From Desulfatiglandales bacterium (GTDB lineage: Bacteria > Desulfobacterota > DSM-4660 > Desulfatiglandales > Desulfatiglandaceae), in NCBI GenBank assembly GCA_963666345.1, contig OY762721.1:2624001-2688000 (forward strand): a DNA stretch of 64,000 nucleotides, given 5' to 3'. Made by a program: the position numbers and the translations under genes. Positions 30,895 through 39,732 of this stretch are shown here, one piece after another. Each line of letters opens with the position of its first letter. Positions within the stretch are counted from its first letter, which is position 1. The notes below the pieces were generated by a model. The model ran no database searches and had not been told where the DNA came from. It saw nothing but the letters and a program-made list of their open reading frames with translations.

Positions 30895-32121
30895 TTATTT
30901 CTCCTTCCACCTTTGAAGGAGATAGGGCTTTGTCATTTCAAAGGTCACGCAGTCGTCTTCAATGGCCTGTTCCGCCTGTTTAATAGACATCCTGGAGGTG
31001 CTTTTGACAAAGGACAGTGTCCTTCCGAAATAGAGGGGAATCAGGGCGTCCATCATTAGATCCGTATCGACAACGACATTCTTGTAGGCGACCGCCACAT
31101 CAAACAGGACCCTGGCCCACAGATCAGTTGGAAAGCCGAATTCCTTTTCCTTCATACCCAAGATTTCCACGAGCTTCTTATAGACGCCCTCTGTTAGAAT
31201 TTTTTTCCATATCTCTTTGTTCTCTTCAAAACCGCCATGAAATTTTTCCAGCAGATTATTGGTGTTAACTTCTACCTTGGGAGGCATTTCGACTTCGCCC
31301 AGTCCAAAGCCGTAAATGGCAGTTGGTTTGCTGTATTTTATCCTGGTCCATAAGGATTCAAAGTTTGTCATCATCGCGAAAATAGTTCCGACCACCTGCC
31401 TGAACATAGGTCCAAGGCTTGCTCCTGGATCCTTGGTTCGGTGTATCTTGGGTCTGCCCATGAATGCCTGGGTTATTTTCGCCCTTTGATTAATAGCCAG
31501 TGTGGTCATCCAGATATCGATGCCGAAGTTTGCCACGGCCTCATCCCAGACTTTGCTCTCCAGGTACGCCTTCGCCAGTTTTCCGGAGAATCCGAAGTCG
31601 CCTCCGATAGGCTGTCTGACCCTTCTTCCGTAGAGGCTCCTGGTCATGGGATATGCTATGCCGTTCGTAATTGTGCCGTCATACTTATGCCTTACATACA
31701 GGGGCGCCACGTATGAAAAACCCTGAAAAAGCGGTTCACCGAGGTGTTTTATCCATTCAGGAGTAATGCTTTTCAGATCGGCATCAACAACAACCACTGC
31801 CTTCGCGCGTAATTCGACCACTTTTTGGAAAAGATTTTTGAAATTATTTCCCTTTCCCTTTATCCCGGGAGGAGTTGAAAGGTAAATCTTCGGATATTTT
31901 GACGGGGTGTCCAGAAATACCTGCCCCGTATTATCCGGAGAGTTGTTGTCACAGTTGATAATAACGGCTGATCTGTCCTTGAAATACCTTTGAAGCCCCT
32001 TGTCCGCCTGAATCAAAGGGTAATTTATAGAGTCGGCCTCATTGTAGGATGGTATGCAAACCACCATTTCAGCCCTTTTTATCTTTTCAGGGTTTTTTTC
32101 CGCCTTGAACTCCTCAGCCAT
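30895..32121 (-). CDS. GT2-like glucosylglycerate/mannosylglycerate synthase (single-step, Ggs-like)
   Basis: IPSYNEA, DNNSPD, GKG, VDADL, RHKYDGTITN, RQPIGGDF, FGIDIWMT. Confidence 0.75.
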   Translation of the reverse strand: MAEEFKAEKNPEKIKRAEMVVCIPSYNEADSINYPLIQADKGLQRYFKDRSAVIINCDNNSPDNTGQVFLDTPSKYPKIYLSTPPGIKGKGNNFKNLFQKVVELRAKAVVVVDADLKSITPEWIKHLGEPLFQGFSYVAPLYVRHKYDGTITNGIAYPMTRSLYGRRVRQPIGGDFGFSGKLAKAYLESKVWDEAVANFGIDIWMTTLAINQRAKITQAFMGRPKIHRTKDPGASLGPMFRQVVGTIFAMMTNFESLWTRIKYSKPTAIYGFGLGEVEMPPKVEVNTNNLLEKFHGGFEENKEIWKKILTEGVYKKLVEILGMKEKEFGFPTDLWARVLFDVAVAYKNVVVDTDLMMDALIPLYFGRTLSFVKSTSRMSIKQAEQAIEDDCVTFEMTKPYLLQRWKEK

Positions 32122-33037
32122 TATTCCCCCCTTGATAATTTTTAAATATATCGAGAACGGCTGAATTCCAGGCCCCGGGACCGGTGCTTTCCGTGATACT
32201 GAGCCGGGGAATTCGTCCTTTCAGCCATGAATAGTCTAAGGAAGATCTTATGAGGACAGGAAGATCGGCGGACTCCAGCATGCCGAAGTCATTCGGACTG
32301 TCGCCCAGTGCTATTGAAACAACCTGTTCCTTCTTTTCCCTGTACCAGGCCGAAACGATTTTTAACGCCTCTGACTTGCCGTTTCTCCCCTGTAGATGAA
32401 AAAATCTTCCTCCTCTGGTAACGATAAGCCGCCTTTTCCCGGCGGCCTGTTCGATTTCCTCCAATTTATGTTCCCCTTTACCGATAATCATGAAAGGTTC
32501 ATCGAATTCTCTTTCGGCGGCCCTTTCAGCCTCCATCCTTTTAAGTCCGGTAAGGCGGCGGATTTCGCCCGTAGTCATATCTGAAAAGCCCCTTAAGCCG
32601 ATCCCCGCTTCAGCGCCTATCTCCTTCAAAGCCTCGGATAAACGGGAATAGGGGAATCCCAGACTTAATTTCCACAGCCCTTTATCGAAAAAGGCCCCGT
32701 CAGGATGACCGTAGGAATCGAGAGGGCTGAAAAAAATACCGCCGCCGTTTTCAGAGACAAATGGTGATGAGATGGCCATCTGTTTTACAATGACCTCGAT
32801 CTCCGCCCTTGTCTTGCTTGAAACAGGCACAATCGGAAACTTTCTCCTTTTGCACTCCTCTATGGCAGGCAGGGCCGGCTTCCACTCGTAGGTTTCATGA
32901 TCCAGAAGCGTGCCGTCCAAATCAGTGAAGATTATGAAAAAAGGGCCTTCCGGCGCCCCTGTGCATGTAACCCCCTTTTCGATTCGGTCGTCTTTCGAAT
33001 CAGGAAAATCTTTTCTTTTCACTTTCCACCACTTCAA
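32114..33037 (-). CDS. HAD-IIB glucosyl/mannosyl-3-phosphoglycerate phosphatase
   Basis: FTDLDGTLLD, SSKTRAE, ENGG, REFDEP, GGRFFH, GDSPND; start uncertain. Confidence 0.88.
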   Translation of the reverse strand: MKWWKVKRKDFPDSKDDRIEKGVTCTGAPEGPFFIIFTDLDGTLLDHETYEWKPALPAIEECKRRKFPIVPVSSKTRAEIEVIVKQMAISSPFVSENGGGIFFSPLDSYGHPDGAFFDKGLWKLSLGFPYSRLSEALKEIGAEAGIGLRGFSDMTTGEIRRLTGLKRMEAERAAEREFDEPFMIIGKGEHKLEEIEQAAGKRRLIVTRGGRFFHLQGRNGKSEALKIVSAWYREKKEQVVSIALGDSPNDFGMLESADLPVLIRSSLDYSWLKGRIPRLSITESTGPGAWNSAVLDIFKNYQGGNNG

Positions 33038-34364
33038 TTAGATCATAGAAGATTTGAGGAAGCTTATTGGATACTCTCTCCCATGAAACGGTCTGAGGCA
33101 TCTCGAAGGCCTTTTTTTCCTGCTTTTTTTCAACGGCAAGGATCGCATCTGAAAGACCGTTTGCGATATACGGCTTGAATTCCTGATAGGAGTTCACCAA
33201 CCTCAGAAATTTTTCCGTGATCCTGTATGGCGAAGTAAGCATGTCGCCGGCCGCTAGTATGGAGTGCCGGAAAACCTCTTTTACCAGGTATTCCTCGGTG
33301 TCCCTGTCATAGTTCAGATAATTAAAACTTGAGTCATCAGAATATCTCTTGACCTGTTCCTCGGCAACGGCCTGATAGGTGATTGCGAGGTCCCTGAAAA
33401 ATGTGTCTGTAATCTCAAGACCCTCTTCGATGATCAGGGCGTTCATGAGCGTTGTTACGATGTCCACGGCCATTCGATTAAGACCCTCGCTGCGTTCCTC
33501 GGGAGAAGGGTCCTGATGTTTGTGATCGAAAGCCTTTTCCGTAAACATGACCTGCGCCCTTGATGAAGATTTCCTGTAGACCTCTATCAGGGTGAATATT
33601 TCCACACCCCAGTTGGTGGCGAACCGCATCTTTTTCAGGAGATCGACATTAAAGGCGACCTCACCTGAAAGCTGGTATTTAAAATCGAGCAGAAACTCAA
33701 TCAGGTCCAGCATCTTTTCGTCCCTGCTCTCTTTGAATTTTCTCTTGAGCGCGATAAGAAGCGGGTCCAGAAGAAGCCTCTTTACCCTTCCATAAATATT
33801 TCGGTCTTTTATCCTTGCATAATAGGCCTTTGAAAAGTCGTAGTTATGAACCAGCACCGGGTAAAGGAGTCTGTCCAGCTGCACCTGTCTGAAATTGCGT
33901 ATATCGGCATCAATAAGACCGACCACCTTGGCCCCGAGCGCAATCGCGATTCCAAAGCTGAGGAACATGTTTTTTCCCTTGCCCGGCTCGCTTATATTGA
34001 ATCCGGCGTCGTTCAATTGATCGTATATGCTTTTGAATCCGGGTCCGTCGTTCCACTGGATCAGGTAATTGCGGAGTCCTGCTTCTTCTATCAGGTCCTT
34101 GAGCATGAAGGCCTGTTTTTCGCTTGCCCTGTCAAGACCGAAAATTATTTTGGAAAGGTAAGCGGCCCCCTTTAACTGCTTCAGGATATTCGTAAATGTG
34201 GGAAAATTAGCGGGATCCGCATACTCGCTGGCCAGGGTCGGCAATATAAGGACTGTTTTTTGCCATTTAGAGTGCAGCCTGATCTGTGCCCGAAGGTTTT
34301 TTCTGTCCTGCCTCAAAATATGAAAAGTGGAAATTTTACTGGAGTTTTGGGAAAAATCAGAGAT
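33000..34364 (-). CDS. gpgS: Glucosyl-3-phosphoglycerate synthase-like glycosyltransferase (probable ATC start at 34364)
   Basis: GLDRA, PGKGKN, DADI, KAYYAR, GRVKRL, YQLSGE, WGVEI, HKHQ; AGGAGG RBS 6 nt before an in-frame ATC. Confidence 0.75.
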   Translation of the reverse strand: MSDFSQNSSKISTFHILRQDRKNLRAQIRLHSKWQKTVLILPTLASEYADPANFPTFTNILKQLKGAAYLSKIIFGLDRASEKQAFMLKDLIEEAGLRNYLIQWNDGPGFKSIYDQLNDAGFNISEPGKGKNMFLSFGIAIALGAKVVGLIDADIRNFRQVQLDRLLYPVLVHNYDFSKAYYARIKDRNIYGRVKRLLLDPLLIALKRKFKESRDEKMLDLIEFLLDFKYQLSGEVAFNVDLLKKMRFATNWGVEIFTLIEVYRKSSSRAQVMFTEKAFDHKHQDPSPEERSEGLNRMAVDIVTTLMNALIIEEGLEITDTFFRDLAITYQAVAEEQVKRYSDDSSFNYLNYDRDTEEYLVKEVFRHSILAAGDMLTSPYRITEKFLRLVNSYQEFKPYIANGLSDAILAVEKKQEKKAFEMPQTVSWERVSNKLPQIFYDLIEVVESEKKRFS

Positions 34365-34489
34365 GTCGGACCTCCTTTTCGATTGCGGATTTTGTTAACC
34401 CGTCAAGCTTTACTACTGAAGAACACGGTTCCGCTTGAAATAGCGGCATAACTGCTTATAAGAAAGGATGAAGTCCCTTTAAAATTGGG

Positions 34490-34536
34490 GGCTTTGTGAA
34501 AAGTCCAGCTGTCCTGTGAACTTTTTACGAATGCAT
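34490..34536. repeat. Short copy of the MITE/REP-like element
   Basis: GGCTTTGTGAAAAGT...CTTTTTACGAATGCAT; ends match 12052-12193. Confidence 0.45.
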
Positions 34537-34738
34537 AAAAATTAAAAGGCGGCTTTATTTTTCAAAAAATCCTCAACCAAAATTAGCTAAAATCATATTT
34601 TTTGTCAACAACGATGGAGTCTGATTTGACTTGAAAGGGCGATGCCCAGCTGTTAATTAATATATTCCGGTTTCGATCTTCTGATAAGAAAAGATCTTGG
34701 TTACAACTTATTCCACTGACTCAATATAGGACGATGAA

Positions 34739-35302
34739 ATGATTCCTTCGGTTGATAACTGTTTTCAACTTATGAGTGTATACGGCATGCTGGATAATAT
34801 AAAGGGCCATTCGGTTACGGTTGCAAAGGTGGCGCGGATCATATCGAGAAAGCTGATAGAATCCGGATTCGCCGTCTCTTTTGAAAAGGTGACCGCCGGG
34901 GCGCTTATGCATGATATAGGAAAGACAGCCTCCCTCAAGTCGGGCGGGGATCATTCTGAAATAGGCAGAAGGATATGCCTCGAAAACAACCTGGATGAGA
35001 TAGCTGAAATCGTAGGCGAGCATGTGATTCTGAAAAACTACAACGGCAGCGATGATTTTTCTGAAAAACTGATCGTATATTATTCAGACAAGCGGGTAAA
35101 TCATGACAAGATTGTTAACCTGGATCAGCGGTTGAAGTACATCCTCGGGCGTTACGGAAGAAATGATGAAAGGATATGCCGGGCAATAACAGATAATTTT
35201 GCAAAATGCAGGAAGATTGAAAAAAGGATCTTCAGCCGGCTCCCTTTCGGCCCGGAGGAAGTTTCCCTGCTGGCTGATGCCGAGCTTTTGGAAGACGAAT
35301 GA
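34739..35302 (+). CDS. HD-domain (HDIG) protein
   Basis: HS..V, LMHDIGK, H..IG, YSDKRV. Confidence 0.85.
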   Translation: MIPSVDNCFQLMSVYGMLDNIKGHSVTVAKVARIISRKLIESGFAVSFEKVTAGALMHDIGKTASLKSGGDHSEIGRRICLENNLDEIAEIVGEHVILKNYNGSDDFSEKLIVYYSDKRVNHDKIVNLDQRLKYILGRYGRNDERICRAITDNFAKCRKIEKRIFSRLPFGPEEVSLLADAELLEDE

Positions 35303-35389
35303 ACCGGAGGAGGCATCTTGCTCGTTTTGTCACGCACCGGCTGAAAGCACAAACGCCATAAATTGTGCATTAACGATTAGGAATAGAAA

Positions 35390-37162
35390 TTGACCGTCTA
35401 CAGATCCTTGAAAAAGAATATATATATCTTTTTGTTCCTTCTGTTTCCGCTTTTCTGTCCTGCCGCATCTTCTTTTGCGGCTACGGCCGAAGTCGAGGTC
35501 CTTCAGTCACTTGACAGATATCCTGCAGGCGGATCATACCCCATAACAATCCGTATAAGGATTTCAGACAGCTGGTTTCTTCACGGAACCGGGGAAGGCG
35601 GGGAACTTATCCCAACCAGGCTTGCTTTCGAGGAGAAAGGATCTGCCAGGGTTGATAACCTGAGATTCCCGCCTCCTTTGAAGAAAAAGTTCGACTACAC
35701 CGAGGATCAGGTCGCGGTCTTTAAGGGTGAAATTTCCGTGAAGGCCGACCTCCTTATCGCCGGTGATGCAGCGGAGGGGGAAAATATCCTGACCGGGACT
35801 CTGTCATACCAGGCCTGTTCCCTCAAAAGCTGCAGACCTCCTGAAGATGTGCCGGTGAAATTTTCCTGCAAGGTAGCCCCGCGTGTGGCTGAAGCAATAC
35901 CTGTAAAGAGCAAAAAATTTGATGCCTTCTCAGGTGACGCACGTGCGGGCGGATCGTGGAATCCGGGAGCAGGTCTTTTGCTAACGCTGCTTGGCCTGCT
36001 TTTGGGCGGCATGGCCCTGAATCTTACGCCCTGCATATATCCTCTCATTCCGATAACCGTTTCCTATTTCGGGGGAAGAGGCGCTACCGGTACAAGGACG
36101 CAGACTGCACTCCACGCCCTTTTTTATATGCTCGGTCTTGCCTTTACCAATTCCCTTCTGGGCGCCTTTGCAGGCCTTACCGGGGGCATGCTGGGTTCCG
36201 TGCTTCAAAGTCCTCTCATACTTATAATCGTGGCATTGATTATCCTTTGTCTTGCCGCAAGCTTTTTCGGGCTCTGGGAGATAAGGCTTCCCCTGGGATT
36301 AACAAAAGCGGCATCCAGAGGGTTTGCCGGATTTTTCGGGGCCTTTTTCATGGGCCTTACCCTGGGGTTGGTGGCGGCCCCATGTCTGGGGCCGTTTGTC
36401 CTGGGACTCCTGACGTGGGTTGCCCAGAAGGGCGACCCGTTTACAGGCTTTCTCTATTTCTTTATCCTGAGCATCGGAATGGGGATACCCCTTTCACTGC
36501 TGGCAATATTTTCGGGCGGCATCAGCAAGCTTCCCGTCTCAGGTGACTGGATGGTATGGATCAAAAAGGCCCTTGGCTGGGTGCTGGTCCTAATGGCGGG
36601 CTATATGCTCGGCCCGCTTTTCCCCGGACCGTTTGCGAACGCACTGCTTATGTCTGTGATTCTACTTGGGGCAGGTCTTCATCTGGGGTGGGTGGAAAAG
36701 GCGGCGGCAGAAAAAAGGGGCTTCCTGTTGATAAGAAAGGTCACGGGCATTGCGCTGATAACCGCGGCGGTCCTTTTTACGGGCATCTCCGTTCATGATA
36801 AGGAGGGGGTAGCCTGGCTGAGTTACAAGGGGAGCCTTCTGACGGAGGCACTAAATGAAAACAGACCTGTGATGCTTGATTTTTATGCGGACTGGTGCAG
36901 CCCCTGCAAGGCAATGGAAAAGGATGCATTCAGGGATCAAGAGGTCGTATCTCTCAGTAAAAAATTTGTCACGCTGAGGGTCGATCTAACCAGGGCGCGG
37001 CCCTATCAGAAGGAGCTTATCGATAAATATCGAGTAAGGGGAGTGCCGACCGTTATCTTTCTTGATGGGGGTGGAAAGGAAATAAGAAGCCTCAGAATAG
37101 AGGCCCATGCCGACAAAAATGAAATAAAGACGCGAATGAAACAGGTTATTGAGAAGGATTGA
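35390..37162 (+). CDS. dsbD: DsbD thiol:disulfide interchange protein
   Basis: N-domain QAC..SC, TM domain TPCIYP and APCLGP, C-terminal thioredoxin WCSPC. Confidence 0.88.
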   Translation: MTVYRSLKKNIYIFLFLLFPLFCPAASSFAATAEVEVLQSLDRYPAGGSYPITIRIRISDSWFLHGTGEGGELIPTRLAFEEKGSARVDNLRFPPPLKKKFDYTEDQVAVFKGEISVKADLLIAGDAAEGENILTGTLSYQACSLKSCRPPEDVPVKFSCKVAPRVAEAIPVKSKKFDAFSGDARAGGSWNPGAGLLLTLLGLLLGGMALNLTPCIYPLIPITVSYFGGRGATGTRTQTALHALFYMLGLAFTNSLLGAFAGLTGGMLGSVLQSPLILIIVALIILCLAASFFGLWEIRLPLGLTKAASRGFAGFFGAFFMGLTLGLVAAPCLGPFVLGLLTWVAQKGDPFTGFLYFFILSIGMGIPLSLLAIFSGGISKLPVSGDWMVWIKKALGWVLVLMAGYMLGPLFPGPFANALLMSVILLGAGLHLGWVEKAAAEKRGFLLIRKVTGIALITAAVLFTGISVHDKEGVAWLSYKGSLLTEALNENRPVMLDFYADWCSPCKAMEKDAFRDQEVVSLSKKFVTLRVDLTRARPYQKELIDKYRVRGVPTVIFLDGGGKEIRSLRIEAHADKNEIKTRMKQVIEKD

Positions 37163-37221
37163 TTCGAAGACGATCCTCCTGGTTTAGGGCCGGGCAGGTA
37201 TTATCGGAAAGAAAAATCGCT

Positions 37222-38001
37222 TTATCCCCTGTAAAAGGAGGAAATGAAACCTTTTATTCGGTCGTTGAATTCCCCGTATGCCTCAATCATTACCATATGA
37301 CCCGCACCGGTTATTATACTCAGATCGCTTCCGATTATCTTTTCCCGGAGGCTCCTGGACAGTTTTAAAGGAGTCAACCTGTCCTGTTCACCGCAGACAA
37401 TAAGACACGGGCATTGAATTTTTTCGATTCTATCCCCTATGTCAAACCGGTCGCAGGCGTAAAAGTCCTTGAACACCCTTTTTGAGCCGGCATGCCTCAT
37501 TATTTCTGATCCCTGTTTCAGGATCTTACCATCCGTGCCGGGGGCGTAGGCATATCTTATAACAGAGTCTACTGTCTCCTCGAATCTATCCATGAGCCCT
37601 TCAAGAAAATCAGGGGAAACAGTAAGCCGTGGCCCCGTGCCCACCAGTATGATACCTGCCGCTATGTCGGGATAGTCAACTGCCATTTCCTGAACTATGG
37701 CCCCTCCCATGGAATGACCCATGACGAAGGGGCGCGGCCCCTCTAAATCATTGATGATTTCCGCAAGCCAGACCGCGTAATCCTTTATGCTTTCAAGCCC
37801 TATGTCGGGAGATTCCCCGTGGCCGGGAAGATCAAGAGCCAGGGTGTTGAAAAAGGCGTTGAGCAGGAATATTTGCGGCTGCCATATTCGGCTCATACCC
37901 CCGGCCCCGTGAATCATTATGAGGGTCGGGTGTCCCGGGTCGAACGGTCTGCTCCCCTTTCTGAATCCCACCCTCAGCTCGGTAAGTTTTTGAGCTGTCA
38001 T
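37222..38001 (-). CDS. Alpha/beta hydrolase
   Basis: IHGAGG, DLPGHG, GHSMGG nucleophile, GEQD, AGH; ATG at 38001 preferred as start. Confidence 0.9.
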   Translation of the reverse strand: MTAQKLTELRVGFRKGSRPFDPGHPTLIMIHGAGGMSRIWQPQIFLLNAFFNTLALDLPGHGESPDIGLESIKDYAVWLAEIINDLEGPRPFVMGHSMGGAIVQEMAVDYPDIAAGIILVGTGPRLTVSPDFLEGLMDRFEETVDSVIRYAYAPGTDGKILKQGSEIMRHAGSKRVFKDFYACDRFDIGDRIEKIQCPCLIVCGEQDRLTPLKLSRSLREKIIGSDLSIITGAGHMVMIEAYGEFNDRIKGFISSFYRG

Positions 38002-38079
38002 TGTGCAAACAATTCCTTCTGACTCATCATATGAGAACCGATCTCGCTGATATTTCAGGTGATGATGCGGAAGAGTGGC

Positions 38080-38224
38080 CAAGGAGTCAAGGATTCAAGG
38101 ATTCTTTGCTTCGCTTACGCTTCGCGCAGTCCCACCCTTCGGCCAGCTCAGGGCGGGTTCCCGGTTTCTTTGCTCCGCTTACGCTTCGCTCAGTCCCACT
38201 GCTTCGCAGCGGGTTCCCGGTTTC
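38080..38224. repeat. Period-8 repeats followed by two imperfect tandem units (about 64 and 56 bp)
   Basis: CAAGGAGT CAAGGATT CAAGGATT; then TTCTTTGCTYCGCTTACGCTTCGCKCAGTCCCAC-variable-GCGGGTTCCCGGTTTC twice. Confidence 0.8.
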
Positions 38225-38584
38225 AAGGGCTTTCTTTCCAGGGATTTGATCATCGCTTTGGACATTGCCCCGACATCCCTTATTTCCCTTCTTAATCTCT
38301 GAAGCTTACTTCTTTCAAATAACCCAGGTCAGCTGATGTCATGTCCCGGGTTTCCAATTCACAGGCTGAACCATATGCAATAAAGAAAAATTGCATATAC
38401 TCTATAGCCGTTTTTTCCCATACCCTCAGGCGGTATCCCTTGACATGAAAACAGCGGATCTTCTGATTCGGGAGGTAAAACAGTATTGCTCATCTTTAAA
38501 AAAACGTTTCGTTTCTTTATACATATGCAAACAAGGTGTATACGATTTTCCCCTAACGTTTAACTGCCTATGATCTTTAAGCTT
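38215..38584 (-). pseudogene. Decayed four-helix-bundle (23S rRNA IVP / S23-like) gene
   Basis: Fragments LKDHRQLNV..KSY..F.KDEQY.FTSRIRRSAV..A*GYG, then a frameshift to EY..F.IAYGSACELET..DLGY, a stop, a second frameshift, and AMIKSLERKPL. Confidence 0.8.
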
Positions 38585-38739
38585 TTCACTCGAACCCGCG
38601 GCCCCTTGACCCCTCCAATCCTTCATTTAGACCAACTCTTTTGGAGATGATCTAAGTTTGTTTAAGAAGGCGGAGCGTAAGGCATTATTCATTGATTTGA
38701 TTATATATCTCAAGATAGCGGGACCTGGGGTATATAGGG

Positions 38740-39729
38740 CTACCATTTTATAAGCGCGCTTCCCCAGGTCAGGCCTCCTCCGAATACAGGCAGGCAGACG
38801 AGGTTGCCTTTTTGGATAGAGCCGTCCCTCACCGCCTCGTCAAATGCGATGGCGCATGACGCCGATGATATGTTGCCGTATTTATGAACGGTCAGGTAGA
38901 ATCGTTCAAAGGGGATTTTCATGCTTTTGGACATTGACTGAAACATCCTCAGGTTTGCCTGATGGGGTATGAACCAGTCGATGTCCTCCAAGTCTATTCC
39001 GTTGTGGTTCGCCGCCTCTTTTGCCGAATCGATGAAGTGCCTTACAGCCACCCGGAAACTGGCATTGGCCTCTATCATGTTAAGGCTGTGAAGTCCCTTA
39101 TCGACACTTTCGTGGCTTATGGGAGTTGTCTTTGAACCCCCTCCCGGCATAAGAAGGTCCCGGCCGTTTTCCCCGTCCGTGTGTATGTGGGTGGAAAGGA
39201 TCTCAGGGCCGTCAAAACCGTTTGTCAGTATCGCGGCCCCTGCCCCGTCGCCCCAGAGGATGCAGGTGCTTCTGTCCTTCCAGTTGAGAGTGCGGGTCAT
39301 TATTTCAGAGGCTACCACCAGGACCGTCCTTGCGGCACCTGTCTTAAGATACTGCTCGGCGATATTCAGGCCGAAAATGAATCCCGAGCAGGCCGCCGTG
39401 ACATCAAAGGTGACCGCCTTGGGTACGTCGAGCTTGGCCTGCAGCCAGTTGGCGGCCGAAGGGCAGCAAGTGTCGGGCGTTATCGTGGCAAATATGATAA
39501 GGTTGATATCATCCTTGCTTATGCCGGCCATTTCAAGTGCCCTTTTAGAGGCCTCTTCGGCAAGGTCCGCGGATGTCACATCAGGATCCGCGATCCTTCT
39601 TTCACTTACTCCTGTTCTCTGGACAATCCATTCATCGGTAGTATCAAGCCCCATTGCCTGAAGATCAAAATTCGTCAGCACCTTTGGGGGGACGTAAGAA
39701 CCGGTTCCGAGAATCCTGATTGAACCCAT
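38740..39729 (-). CDS. fabH: 3-oxoacyl-ACP synthase III
   Basis: AACSGF, GDGAGA, PHQAN, GNISSAS, FGGGLTWG. Confidence 0.93.
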   Translation of the reverse strand: MGSIRILGTGSYVPPKVLTNFDLQAMGLDTTDEWIVQRTGVSERRIADPDVTSADLAEEASKRALEMAGISKDDINLIIFATITPDTCCPSAANWLQAKLDVPKAVTFDVTAACSGFIFGLNIAEQYLKTGAARTVLVVASEIMTRTLNWKDRSTCILWGDGAGAAILTNGFDGPEILSTHIHTDGENGRDLLMPGGGSKTTPISHESVDKGLHSLNMIEANASFRVAVRHFIDSAKEAANHNGIDLEDIDWFIPHQANLRMFQSMSKSMKIPFERFYLTVHKYGNISSASCAIAFDEAVRDGSIQKGNLVCLPVFGGGLTWGSALIKW

Positions 39730-39732
39730 ATG

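Noticed and set aside
38102..38224. Two near-identical repeats with a variable interior, resembling a mini-CRISPR
   Set aside because: Only two units, inserts of 9-17 nt, and no cas genes.
38426..38428. In-frame TGA as a third selenocysteine
   Set aside because: It aligns to Glu of AEGYG, not Cys, and comes with frameshifts and a TAA.
38215..38584. Possible DGR accessory (Avd) gene
   Set aside because: No reverse transcriptase or TR/VR pair seen, and the gene is decayed.
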